A stretch of 64,000 nucleotides of DNA from a virus (IMGVR_UViG_3300013308_000020:1-64000); one strand, 5' to 3'; shown: positions 19,923-29,336, counted from the first letter of the stretch. The notes: generated by a model not told the origin, from the sequence alone. Numbers and translations are program-made.

Positions 19923-20363
19923 ATGCAAACAATTACAAACACAATCGAAAAACTTAAAGCGGTTTTAACTGTTCTTGCTTTAGATAATAAACTAAATTAT
20001 CAAAATGAGAATGGTATTGAAAAAGGTATTGAAAATGCTATTAATGAAGCTATTGATACACTTACATTACTTAATAAACCTGCACAATTCTATGTACCTC
20101 ACTTAAATGAGTTTATAGAGGATAAATCTTATTACATTTGGTACAATGGTGAAAGAACTACTGAAACATTTTCAGTAGCTATGACTAATTGGACTGAAGA
20201 TTTTGCAAAAGATGCTCTAGATATGTTAATTATAGAGAAATCTTTACATAAATTAAATCATAAATGTGAAGGAGCATCTCTTGAGAATGATGATCTAATT
20301 GCTGAAGCAGCAGAACTTGTACTTTCTAAGTATGAGTATATAAGTAATACTACTGTTAACTAA
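19923..20363 (+). CDS. Hypothetical protein
   Basis: Early ORF array. Confidence 0.65.
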   Translation: MQTITNTIEKLKAVLTVLALDNKLNYQNENGIEKGIENAINEAIDTLTLLNKPAQFYVPHLNEFIEDKSYYIWYNGERTTETFSVAMTNWTEDFAKDALDMLIIEKSLHKLNHKCEGASLENDDLIAEAAELVLSKYEYISNTTVN

Positions 20364-20444
20364 GGAAGGGAACAGTAATAGGGTTTTGATGTTAAACTTT
20401 ATAGGAAACATCATTTTTTTCTATCCAAACGAAAATATATTAAA

Positions 20445-20870
20445 ATGAAGAAGTTAATAGTAATACTGATAATTATATTAGTAAATGTAATTGTATTACA
20501 AGCACAAAATATGCTTGGCTCAACATATGGTGAAGTTAGAGCTAATTATAAAGCTCATTCTAAAGAGTATGATAATTGGGATGAAGGTAGCATGAGTGAA
20601 GTAGGATCATTTTATGTTGTTTATACAAATAAACAGTATGATTATAAGATGGTTTGTTATTTTCCAAATAGAAAAGCAAGTGCACATGTATTTAAATATG
20701 TAATTATTGATAATACTTCTCAAATTAATGTATATAGAAAAGTATTTGATGAGAAATATATCAAAATCGACGATAATTCTTGGATAGATAATAATGTTGG
20801 TTGTACTTGGGAATTGATTATTGATGGAAATTTAATATTTTTGGAAGCTCATTCGATTGAAAAAGATTAA
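20445..20870 (+). CDS. Secreted/periplasmic hypothetical protein
   Basis: Sec signal MKKLIVILIIILVNVIVLQA-Q; Gln at +1 is typical of Bacteroidota. Confidence 0.65.
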   Translation: MKKLIVILIIILVNVIVLQAQNMLGSTYGEVRANYKAHSKEYDNWDEGSMSEVGSFYVVYTNKQYDYKMVCYFPNRKASAHVFKYVIIDNTSQINVYRKVFDEKYIKIDDNSWIDNNVGCTWELIIDGNLIFLEAHSIEKD

Positions 20871-20891
20871 TAACCTTAAATAACTATAGTC

Positions 20892-21077
20892 ATGAGAGAA
20901 GTAAAATATGTAATGATGTTTGTAGTAGGAATATTAATTGCTACTATATTATTTAGAATAGCTGATATAGTAAATCCTAATCAGCCAACTCTTAATCATG
21001 TTCTTTTAGGAGTTGTATGTCTATGTTGGGGTTTATTAACATATCTATTTTATAAAGATACTAATAGAATACAATAG
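20892..21077 (+). CDS. Small two-TM membrane protein
   Basis: Two hydrophobic helices. Confidence 0.5.
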   Translation: MREVKYVMMFVVGILIATILFRIADIVNPNQPTLNHVLLGVVCLCWGLLTYLFYKDTNRIQ

Positions 21078-21596
21078 GCATGGAATTAGAGTGGGGAGAC
21101 CTAACAGATTTTACTATTATGAAGGACATAATAGAACAGTTTTCATTAAAATTTAACAGCACAATAATATGTGGGATTCAATAGTAACGGGATATATAAT
21201 AATGCAAAAGATTGGTGCAATAATAACTTTTATAGTACTTGCTGCATGTATTATAGGAATAGGTGTAATTGCAATATTTGGTACAAATGAGTCAGAATAA
21301 TATTAATATACTGCATAATATCTCTTCTTTTTATAGCTGACATTAACTTATCCAAACGAAATGACACTAACAATCCATCAAATAATACATTATACTCTAT
21401 TTTTGAGTGATAGTGCAGAAAAGAGATTTACTCTTAAATCTAAACACAAAATTATTAGAGATTCACTTCGCAAATCTATAGTAATAAGTTCTACCTGCGG
21501 AATAATACATTTAAACTAGAAATTAAAACTTAACGTTTGGATAGCGTTGCTATTGGGGGTGTGAAAGCATCCCCTTTAGCATATCCATTTAATATT

Positions 21597-21947
21597 ATGG
21601 GAGAAATCGCAGATATGATGATTAACGGTGATATGGATTGTATCACTGGTGAGTATTTAGGTGAAGGATATGGTTATCCTAGGACTAGAGAAAGAGGTTA
21701 TAGTGAATCTCAAGTTGCATATAGTCCTAAACAAAACTATATTGGTGTTGCTAGTTGGTTACATAAAAGAGGATTTGTAAAGAAACAAGATGTAAGAGAG
21801 ATTCTTGTTGCTTATGCTACACATTTAGAATTACCAAATCCTGATTCAAAAGGTAATAATAATATATCAGTACATATTCAGGGTGATTTTAATAAGTTTA
21901 CTAAATGGTTTAAAACTTATATAGATGGCAAAGAAAGAAAAGGCTAA
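21597..21947 (+). CDS. Hypothetical protein (MGEIADMMING...)
   Basis: Start re-assigned from the track's 21537 to the ATG after the A/T-rich leader. Confidence 0.6.
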   Translation: MGEIADMMINGDMDCITGEYLGEGYGYPRTRERGYSESQVAYSPKQNYIGVASWLHKRGFVKKQDVREILVAYATHLELPNPDSKGNNNISVHIQGDFNKFTKWFKTYIDGKERKG

Positions 21948-22062
21948 ATGTGAGATTTGCAAAAGACGTCTTGCTACTACACCAATTATAAGACCTCTTG
22001 AAATTAAACCTATTAATGTTTGTATGATATGCTACAGAGATATATTAGAAGAGGACGATTAA

Positions 22063-22311
22063 ATGAATCTATATATTATTTTTAGAAGAGGTGAAACTGG
22101 TTATGATGAATATGATAGTGCAGTAGTTGCAGCAAGAAATGAAGATACAGCTAAAACTATTCATCCTAACGGTAGTATTAATGCAGTCGATGATGAAAGA
22201 TCATTATCAGATACATGGATTCATCCTGAATATGTACAAGTTACATTAATAGGGAAAGCAATTAAAGGTCAAACACATGGTGTCATATTGGCATCATTTA
22301 AAGCAGGATAA
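22063..22311 (+). CDS. Hypothetical phage protein
   Basis: 'YDEYDSAVVAA...VILASF' small protein. Confidence 0.6.
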   Translation: MNLYIIFRRGETGYDEYDSAVVAARNEDTAKTIHPNGSINAVDDERSLSDTWIHPEYVQVTLIGKAIKGQTHGVILASFKAG

Positions 22312-22780
22312 TATGCAATTAAGCAGTGAAATAGAATTAGCAATTAAATTAGGTGAATTGATTTATGGTTCAAAATCTCATGAGAGTGAAGAATTAAGAA
22401 GAACTATTGATATTCTTGGTGATGTAAAGATTGGTATTAGACCAACACATGATGGACATTTATCTCGTACATTACGTTCAATAGTTGAACATCGTGGTGA
22501 TGTATCTTTTGAAAGATTCATTACTAATTGTCTTGAGATTCTTGATATTCCTGAAAGTCCATTTACTAAATGGTATACTATGCAAAGACTTGCTTTCTTT
22601 TGTAAAGGTATAGGTTATCTATATCCACCTCAAAGCATGATGTGGGGAGATGTATGGAATAATGCATTCTGTATTCCTGGAGTAACTAATCATAAAGAGT
22701 TTTATGATTATGCTGATGATTTATTTAGACAGTCTGAAGAGCTGAAGAAAGAAATTTACGCAAGACATGACAAAGCTTGA
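22277..22780 (+). CDS. Hypothetical protein (true start probably the internal MQLSS)
   Basis: Early ORF array. Confidence 0.55.
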   Translation: MVSYWHHLKQDNMQLSSEIELAIKLGELIYGSKSHESEELRRTIDILGDVKIGIRPTHDGHLSRTLRSIVEHRGDVSFERFITNCLEILDIPESPFTKWYTMQRLAFFCKGIGYLYPPQSMMWGDVWNNAFCIPGVTNHKEFYDYADDLFRQSEELKKEIYARHDKA

Positions 22781-23456
22781 AGATAGAGACCTTAAATGGT
22801 TAATTAAATTCCATGCTAGTATTACTTCTCGTGAAGAAAAGTATCAACCTGCTTATTGGAATACTATGGTTTCTCAGGTAGAGAAATTAATTAATGAAAA
22901 ACAATTTAAAAGAAAAGAAATGAAATCAATATTAATAAAATTCGAGAATGAATTACTTGCTGATTATGTAGGTAATGAATTAAAAAAGAAATTATCTATA
23001 AGACAAGTAGAACCTAATCAAACTATAGTTAATGGTAAGTTTGTTGCACTTGTAATTAAAGAAGCTGGTACTATTGCTAAATTTAGATATACTGCTTTAG
23101 ATTTTCCTAATTATAAAGTATTTACAATTACAAAAGCTGCAAATGCTGATATAATTATTGAAGAAATTGTAAAAGAATACAATAAACCTGAATATAAACA
23201 TTTTAATATTGGTGGAGGATTCAATAACAATAAAATTAGTGTTAAAGTATATGATGATCGTGTTGAATTCAACGGTCAAACAATGAATTTTGATACATTT
23301 ATTGGTATGCGTAATACTTTAACTCAATCTTTTGGTGGATTTCAAGTAGGTGGTGAACAAACTATTCAATTCACTAATTCTAATACTGGCACTAAAGTAT
23401 ATATTGATAGAAGTGAATTACACCCTATCGTTGAAACTATATTAGGAAAACTGTAG
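22767..23456 (+). CDS. Hypothetical protein
   Basis: 229 aa; may have an internal start at MKSILIKF. Confidence 0.55.
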   Translation: MTKLEDRDLKWLIKFHASITSREEKYQPAYWNTMVSQVEKLINEKQFKRKEMKSILIKFENELLADYVGNELKKKLSIRQVEPNQTIVNGKFVALVIKEAGTIAKFRYTALDFPNYKVFTITKAANADIIIEEIVKEYNKPEYKHFNIGGGFNNNKISVKVYDDRVEFNGQTMNFDTFIGMRNTLTQSFGGFQVGGEQTIQFTNSNTGTKVYIDRSELHPIVETILGKL

Positions 23457-23460
23457 CTGT

Positions 23461-23742
23461 ATGCCTAATATACTGGATGCAGTTCGTGAGGAGTTTTTCT
23501 CACGGCTGCAAACCCAAACAAATTGGGGAAGGAATCAAATTAAAGAGTTATATACTCAATGTGAAAGAGATATATTATCTGAACAATTAACTGATGATTA
23601 TATAAGAGCATCTAGAATAGTTAGAGATATATCTAAACCGCCAACTAGAAATCTTTGGAGAGAAGTAGTTATTGATGATCTTAAACCTGATTTTGAAGGT
23701 AATCCGTTTCATAATGATAATGAAATAAATAAAGGATTATGA
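23461..23742 (+). CDS. Hypothetical protein
   Basis: ORF array. Confidence 0.55.
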   Translation: MPNILDAVREEFFSRLQTQTNWGRNQIKELYTQCERDILSEQLTDDYIRASRIVRDISKPPTRNLWREVVIDDLKPDFEGNPFHNDNEINKGL

Positions 23743-23996
23743 GTTTAAATGCAGATTTACTTATAGGTAAAAAGATAGTTTATAAATATCAATATCATCC
23801 TAAACTATTAGAAGCTATTGTATTAGATAAAGTTAGTGTATCAGAAGAAGGCGTATATGATTCTGATAGAATGCAAAGAGGTGATTCTTTATTAGTTACT
23901 AAGTATCTAATACAAAGAATAAATGCTGAAAGCCCTTTGACTAATGGTACTACATTACTTATTACACCAGACATGGTGAAAAGAATATTAGATTAA
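23739..23996 (+). CDS. Hypothetical protein
   Basis: ATGA-coupled to the previous ORF. Confidence 0.55.
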   Translation: MSLNADLLIGKKIVYKYQYHPKLLEAIVLDKVSVSEEGVYDSDRMQRGDSLLVTKYLIQRINAESPLTNGTTLLITPDMVKRILD

Positions 23997-24012
23997 AGGT
24001 TAGTGTTCCGCC

Positions 24013-24348
24013 TTGAATAGGAATGCAAAGTATTTAACTATTAATAAAATGGAAAAGATAGAAAGAATTTCCACTGTTGAATGTAATATTGCCGAAGTTA
24101 AACCGGAATTTCGGAAGTTTGATGGTACAAATGTTCGTATAATTGATATGGGTGATGATGAGATTCTTCATGCAATTGATTTTATGGAATCTCTTATTGA
24201 GCGTAAGGATAAAGAATTAAATAAGTTATCCAAAGTGAAGAAATATCTTGTCTTAGAGTATGAACTAAGACAAGGTTCTCATATAGTTACTCCATGTATT
24301 AAAGGAGATAATATATATGTTCGTTCTTACGCAGATGTTAGCGAATAG
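24013..24348 (+). CDS. Hypothetical protein
   Basis: ORF followed by a terminator. Confidence 0.55.
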   Translation: MNRNAKYLTINKMEKIERISTVECNIAEVKPEFRKFDGTNVRIIDMGDDEILHAIDFMESLIERKDKELNKLSKVKKYLVLEYELRQGSHIVTPCIKGDNIYVRSYADVSE

Positions 24349-24364
24349 ATATGAAGTACTAATG

Positions 24365-24390
24365 GGGATGGCAATTGTGCTATCCCTTTT
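24365..24390 (+). terminator. Intrinsic terminator
   Basis: GGGATGGCA-ATTG-TGCTATCCC-TTTT. Confidence 0.65.
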
Positions 24391-24439
24391 ATTATTTTAT
24401 ATTAGGATTAGAGCTAAAAAAAAGAAGAGGAAATAATTA

Positions 24440-24471
24440 TTTGCTAATTAAGTCAGAATTAGTTATATTTA
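24440..24471 (+). promoter_or_regulatory. Bacteroidota sigmaA-type promoter for groES and the tRNA-like cluster
   Basis: TTTG-N20-TATATTTA. Confidence 0.55.
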
Positions 24472-24499
24472 CGAAGTATCAACCTAAACATCTAAGAAT

Positions 24500-25033
24500 A
24501 TGGCTTTACCTAAATTACCAAATGTACCTGAAAAAGTGAAACCTAGACCTCACTTTGCGTATATATATTTAGAACCTAGAGTTCCTAAGTTTGTAGGTAC
24601 TTCTATTAAACTATCTCCTAAAGATAAAGAAGATATTGAAAAGGCTGAAGCTGAAGAACGTGTACAACAAGTACTTCAAAAAGGTTCTATGCGTAGAGGT
24701 GTAGTAATAGCGTTGCCAAATGATGTGGATACTAAGAAGTTCCCTATGGTTCATGGTGATATTGTTGGCGTCCCTGTTAGTCAATCGGGTTATGACATTA
24801 TCAATATTGATGGCATCATATTGCATATGGTTGGGCTATATGACCTTTCTGTTCTTCCTGATCTTACGGAAGAAGAAGCTATAAAATGGACAGAAGATTA
24901 TAAACTATATGATGAATTAGTTGTTAATCCTAAAAAGGAAACTGCTGTTCTTCCTATGCATCCTAAAGCTACTGATGGTTCTGTATATATAGCTAAACCT
25001 GACCCATTATTCTCACCTAATAGAGATAATTAA
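24500..25033 (+). CDS. groES: Co-chaperonin GroES-like protein
   Basis: 'KPRPHFAYI...RGVVIAL...HGDIV...IDGIILHMV..YDL' follows the Cpn10 pattern, with an enlarged mobile loop as in phage co-chaperonins. Confidence 0.65.
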   Translation: MALPKLPNVPEKVKPRPHFAYIYLEPRVPKFVGTSIKLSPKDKEDIEKAEAEERVQQVLQKGSMRRGVVIALPNDVDTKKFPMVHGDIVGVPVSQSGYDIINIDGIILHMVGLYDLSVLPDLTEEEAIKWTEDYKLYDELVVNPKKETAVLPMHPKATDGSVYIAKPDPLFSPNRDN

Positions 25034-25097
25034 GATTTTTGTTGTTTATTTTGTTTTAGTTGTAGAGAACCTGTTAATACTACAGTAAAAGGTATGA

Positions 25098-25161
25098 CTA
25101 AGGTAACGGTTAATGTTAGGGTTCATTGCATTAGAAGGTTCGATTCCTTCTACCTTAGCTA
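25098..25161 (+). ncRNA. tRNA-like element 1 (acceptor and T arm intact; D/anticodon region shortened)
   Basis: CTAAGGTA/TACCTTAG stem and GAAGG-TTCGATT-CCTTC T arm, with only ~28 nt between them. Confidence 0.55.
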
Positions 25162-25210
25162 TAAGTTGGTGCTTATGCTATTAATATGTTGGCGCATATT
25201 AAAAGAAAAA

Positions 25211-25279
25211 AAGCTGTTCGTCTAATGGTAGGACAACAACGCGCATTGCAACATGGGTTCGATTCCCATACAGCTTCCA
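25211..25279 (+). tRNA. tRNA-like element 2 (acceptor, D and T arms, encoded CCA; truncated anticodon arm, no assignable anticodon)
   Basis: AAGCTGT/ACAGCTT-CCA, GTCT-AATGGTA-GGAC and ATGGG-TTCGATT-CCCAT; 18 nt between the D and T arms versus ~22-23 in a canonical tRNA. Confidence 0.65.
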
Positions 25280-25423
25280 GGGTTAAAGAATGAACTAGTA
25301 AGACGGAAAATAGAGTTCTTTGTAAATGTAATGCCGCCTGCCACCGTACAACTAGAGGGAGACATTACTACCGAAAATACTACTGCAAACTTTCGCATAT
25401 TTTGTTGTGGTTTTTTTGAGGGG

Positions 25424-25455
25424 AAAGGATAGATGGGCAACTGTCTATCCTTTTT
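25424..25455 (+). terminator. Intrinsic terminator
   Basis: AAAGGATAGATGG-GCAA-CTGTCTATCCTTTTT. Confidence 0.75.
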
Positions 25456-25484
25456 ATTTTTTCACACTTTAAACAATTAATATT

Positions 25485-25940
25485 ATGGCTAAGTTAAAAG
25501 ATATAACTTATAATATTACTAATACTGGTTGTTGGATATGTACTTCGCATAAACCTAATACAACTGGATATTTTACAATATTCATTAATGGAAAACGAAT
25601 GAAAATGCATAAATATATTTATATGCGAGAATTCGGAGAAATTAAAGGAGGAAATATTGTAAGACATATTTGTGATAATCCTTCATGTATTAATCCTAAT
25701 CATCTTATTGAAGGAACTCATAAAGATAATTCACAAGATATGATTGATAGAAATAGAAATGCGAAAGGTTCTGAACATTCTAATTCTAAATTAACTGAAC
25801 AAGAAGTTCTAGAAATACTTAATAATAGTACTGATCATAATGCTAAACTTGCAAGAAAATATAAAGTAAGTAGTGCAGTTATTAGTAATATTAAATTAGG
25901 TAAAACTTGGAAACATATTTTTTCACTAATAACGTTATAA
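25485..25940 (+). CDS. HNH homing endonuclease with C-terminal HTH
   Basis: 'GCWIC', 'VRHICDNPSCINPNHL..GTHKDNSQD' and 'SKLTEQEV...LARKY.VS'. Confidence 0.9.
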   Translation: MAKLKDITYNITNTGCWICTSHKPNTTGYFTIFINGKRMKMHKYIYMREFGEIKGGNIVRHICDNPSCINPNHLIEGTHKDNSQDMIDRNRNAKGSEHSNSKLTEQEVLEILNNSTDHNAKLARKYKVSSAVISNIKLGKTWKHIFSLITL

Positions 25941-26308
25941 TGAATGTTTTACTCTTATTATTATTAATCGTAGGTTATGAAACGAAAGTAGTTAAAACCA
26001 GCATTTATCATCCTGTTCAATCTCAATGTGATTCTACACCTAAAATTACTAGTTGTGGTATACATATTTCTGATACTCATTTAAAAAGAGGAACAATAAG
26101 ATATGTCTCTTTAAGTAGAGATTTACTTAAAGAACATAAGTATGGTAGTTATATTATTGTTAAGTGTGCCAATGCTTATTACAATGGCAAATGGAAAATA
26201 GTAGATACTATGAATAGGAGATTTAAGAATAAGATAGACTTCTTACAACATCCAAAGAATAAAAATGTACCACCTAGAAAAGTAGTAATCCAATGGATAA
26301 AGAACTAA
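25940..26308 (+). CDS. 3D-domain (RlpA/MltA-like) cell-wall-associated protein with N-terminal hydrophobic signal
   Basis: 'QCDSTPKITSCG', 'VSLSRDLL', 'VDTMNRRF..KIDFL'; ATG overlaps the HNH stop. Confidence 0.7.
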   Translation: MNVLLLLLLIVGYETKVVKTSIYHPVQSQCDSTPKITSCGIHISDTHLKRGTIRYVSLSRDLLKEHKYGSYIIVKCANAYYNGKWKIVDTMNRRFKNKIDFLQHPKNKNVPPRKVVIQWIKN

Positions 26309-26456
26309 TTCAGGCTGTAATAGATAAACTTGCACCTGCTCATCCTAAACATAAGAGCTTTGAGAGAGCATTAAGGAGATTAATTGCTAAATATGATACT
26401 CCTAAACCTGAAATAAGATTATATTGTGAAGGACAAAGTACAGATAATATAGAATT

Positions 26457-26798
26457 ATGAGATACAAACACTATAAAGGCGGTATTTATCAGAAGTTAGG
26501 AGAAGGTAAATTTGTTGATTATGGTGATACTCTGCTAATGGATAATCATCTATTAACAGCTGCTACATATGAACCTACTGGTGAGAATATATTAGTATTC
26601 GATGTATTTGGTAGAATATGGGTATCTTTTGCTGATAGAGAAACTGAAGAAGCTTTAATGGAAGAAGAAGTAGTAATATATCAGTCTGAAAGTACTGGTA
26701 TACATTATGTACGTCTTAAAGAAGAGTGGGAAGGATTAACTGAAGAAGGAGAACAAAGATTTACAGAAATAAAAGAGGAAAATGGCAGGACATTTTGA
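26457..26798 (+). CDS. DUF1653-like protein
   Basis: 'YKHYKGGIY...VVIYQ...YVR...RF'. Confidence 0.7.
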   Translation: MRYKHYKGGIYQKLGEGKFVDYGDTLLMDNHLLTAATYEPTGENILVFDVFGRIWVSFADRETEEALMEEEVVIYQSESTGIHYVRLKEEWEGLTEEGEQRFTEIKEENGRTF

Positions 26799-27000
26799 TA
26801 AAGAAGAGTGGAGTTTTGAATGTAAAAGGGATAATAGAGCTGAACAAGAAGCTGCAATAAAAGATAAATGGCAATCTTGGGCTGATAAACGCTTGATGAA
26901 AGGTGCTGATGATAATGATGTTTACGCTAAATCATATAACGAAGGTATTAAAACTTTTGCTAATCAAAGTGCTGAACTTGAAATAAACAAATTAAAGTGA
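26782..27000 (+). CDS. Hypothetical protein
   Basis: Coupled ORF upstream of the polymerase. Confidence 0.5.
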   Translation: MAGHFDKEEWSFECKRDNRAEQEAAIKDKWQSWADKRLMKGADDNDVYAKSYNEGIKTFANQSAELEINKLK

Positions 27001-27006
27001 TATGAT

Positions 27007-29073
27007 ATGGACATACAGTTTGGCGATGTGGAATGCTATTCTAATTGTTTTATGGTTACTTTCAAACATAAAGAGACTGGCAAAATCAATAGATTTACTA
27101 TATTTGCTGATACTAAGACTAATTATACTGTTAATGATTACGATAAACTTGTTGCGTTTTGTAATAGACCTAAGGAACTTTGGTTTGTAAGTTATAATGG
27201 CTACATGTATGATAATCAGATTCTGAATTTTACTATACTTAACTATTGGACTTTGAAAGGGAAAGCTCCTAAAGAAATTTGCAAGGAAATCTACAAGGTA
27301 TCTCAAGACTTCTTTGCAGCGCAACGAAACGGAGGGTACTATAACCGCTTTAAATATCATAATTTCTTTAATAAGATTGATCTAATGAGAGTTGCAGGTT
27401 TACATAAGCTTTCTACTCTTAAAGGTCTTAAACAATTAGCTGTTCAATTAAAACATCCTCGAATTCAGGATTTGCCTATCAAGTTTGATAAGCCAATTAT
27501 GCGAGAAGAGTTAGCTAAGTTAGCTGAATATAATCTTAATGATGTAGATATAACTGAAGCTGTTTATAAAGGTCAAATGGTGTATAATGATTCTCCATTT
27601 GTACCTAAACGTAAACGTGCTACAGGTCTTGCTGAAATGGTTAGATTAAGGAAAGCTATTACTGACCAGTATGGTGTTGATGTAATGAATCAAGACAAAT
27701 CTGGTATGGCTAATAAGCTATTAGAAAGTCTTTATGCTAAGAAAACAGGAATACCAGTAAATGAATTCAAGGAAGGTCGTACTAAGAGAGCATTTGTTAG
27801 GTTTAGTGATGCTATATTTGATACAATTGAGTTCAAAACAAAAGAACTCAATGATTATTTAGATTTTCTAAAAGATCAAACAGTTATTACTAATGCGGGT
27901 AAGATTACAATTAAATTACCTACACTATGGTTTGGAGGTCTTGAGTATCAGTTTAGTGCAGGGGGTCTACATTCGGTTGACAATGGAGCTTATTTTGAAT
28001 CTACTCCAACACATGCTCTTATTGATGCTGATGCTGCTTCATTCCACCCAAGAGTTATTATTAATCATCGTATTTGTCCGGCTCATTTGGATGCAGAAGT
28101 ATTCCTTGAAATTGTAGAAGAACAAACTGATGGTCGGGTACTAGATAAGAAGAAAGCTAAAGAGTATAAAGCTAGTGGTGATAAGAATATGCAGAGTGTT
28201 TATGAGACTGCTGCTGATACCAAAAAGATTGTAATTAATTCAATCTTTGGTAAAACTGGTAGTGAAACGTCATGGCTATATGACCCTCTCGCTATGATTC
28301 AGGTTACTATTAACAATCAGCTTTATATTATGATGCTTGCTGAAAGATTTGTTTTAGCAGGATTCCAGGTAATATCTGCAAATACAGATGGTCTTACTAC
28401 TATAGTTGAGAGAGGTAGAGAAGATGAATATTATGAGTGCTGTAAAGAATGGGAAAAACAAACACGATTTGAATTAGAGTATGCTTATTATCGTAAGTAT
28501 ATGAGAACAAATGTGAATAATTATCTTGTTCTTAAAGAGATGAAAGATGGTGAAGAGTTTGATTATGATAATCATATCAAATGTAAAGGAGATTTAGATC
28601 CATTTCTTTATGAAAACTTCGAGAAAGGTTTTGATAAGCCAGTCGTAGCTCTCGCTGTATATAATCATTTTGTCAATAATATTCCTATTCAAAGAACTAT
28701 TAAAGGACATACAGATATTTATGATTTTTGTATGTCTAAAAAGAATGATTCTTCTTATGATAATGAGTTTTATAGTGTAATAGATGGCGAAGTCAAGAAA
28801 GATGTGCTCCAAAAAAGTAATCGCTATTATATCTCAGATAGAGGTCATGGAGGAAAACTTATCAAAGGCAAGGATACATTTGCTAACGTGGATGGTAAAC
28901 TCGTCAAAGGGAAACGAAAGCAAATGCAGCAAGTTGCGAAAGAATATGTAACTATATTTAATGATTATATTCCTAAAGAAATGGAAGAGTATAAGATTAA
29001 ATATATGTATTATATAATTGCTGCACAAAAGTTAATAGATTCAGTTATACCTAAACAAAAAAGCCTATTCTAA
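27007..29073 (+). CDS. polB: Family B DNA polymerase with 3'-5' exonuclease
   Basis: Exo I 'DVE', Exo II 'YNGYMYD', Exo III 'YNLND'; motif A 'DAASFHP', motif B 'KIVINSIFGK', motif C 'NTDG'; 'NVNNY' and 'KG'. Confidence 0.92.
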   Translation: MDIQFGDVECYSNCFMVTFKHKETGKINRFTIFADTKTNYTVNDYDKLVAFCNRPKELWFVSYNGYMYDNQILNFTILNYWTLKGKAPKEICKEIYKVSQDFFAAQRNGGYYNRFKYHNFFNKIDLMRVAGLHKLSTLKGLKQLAVQLKHPRIQDLPIKFDKPIMREELAKLAEYNLNDVDITEAVYKGQMVYNDSPFVPKRKRATGLAEMVRLRKAITDQYGVDVMNQDKSGMANKLLESLYAKKTGIPVNEFKEGRTKRAFVRFSDAIFDTIEFKTKELNDYLDFLKDQTVITNAGKITIKLPTLWFGGLEYQFSAGGLHSVDNGAYFESTPTHALIDADAASFHPRVIINHRICPAHLDAEVFLEIVEEQTDGRVLDKKKAKEYKASGDKNMQSVYETAADTKKIVINSIFGKTGSETSWLYDPLAMIQVTINNQLYIMMLAERFVLAGFQVISANTDGLTTIVERGREDEYYECCKEWEKQTRFELEYAYYRKYMRTNVNNYLVLKEMKDGEEFDYDNHIKCKGDLDPFLYENFEKGFDKPVVALAVYNHFVNNIPIQRTIKGHTDIYDFCMSKKNDSSYDNEFYSVIDGEVKKDVLQKSNRYYISDRGHGGKLIKGKDTFANVDGKLVKGKRKQMQQVAKEYVTIFNDYIPKEMEEYKIKYMYYIIAAQKLIDSVIPKQKSLF

Positions 29074-29336
29074 TGAATATACAAGAATTTAATGCGAAAG
29101 TAAAAGAAGCAGGTAAAAGATTATTTGAAGATAATTATAGCTTCAGTTCTACAGGTGTAGATAGTATTATTTATGGACATGAAGAAAGAATTGAGACAAT
29201 GTATAGACTGACTATATTTCTTAAAATAGGAGCAAGTGTTCATGCTGAAAGTCCTAATCTTGATATGATATTTGAGGTACTTGAATGTGAATATAAAAAG
29301 ATTTTGGCTAGACCATCTGTTCATATAGAATTATAA
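29073..29336 (+). CDS. Hypothetical protein
   Basis: TAATG-coupled to polB. Confidence 0.55.
   Translation: MNIQEFNAKVKEAGKRLFEDNYSFSSTGVDSIIYGHEERIETMYRLTIFLKIGASVHAESPNLDMIFEVLECEYKKILARPSVHIEL

Larger units (their letters stand above)
18882..21356 (+). repeat. (C/T)TATCCAAA motif upstream of five early genes
   Basis: Copies at 18882, 19362, 19914, 20421 and 21348, each 0-16 nt before an ATG. Confidence 0.65.

Noticed and set aside
25375-25432. tmRNA tag frame (AAAATACTACT-GCA-AAC...) linked to the tRNA-like elements
   Set aside because: No G3:U70 alanine acceptor, no ssrA-like C-terminal tag residues, and the topology fits neither one-piece nor permuted tmRNA.
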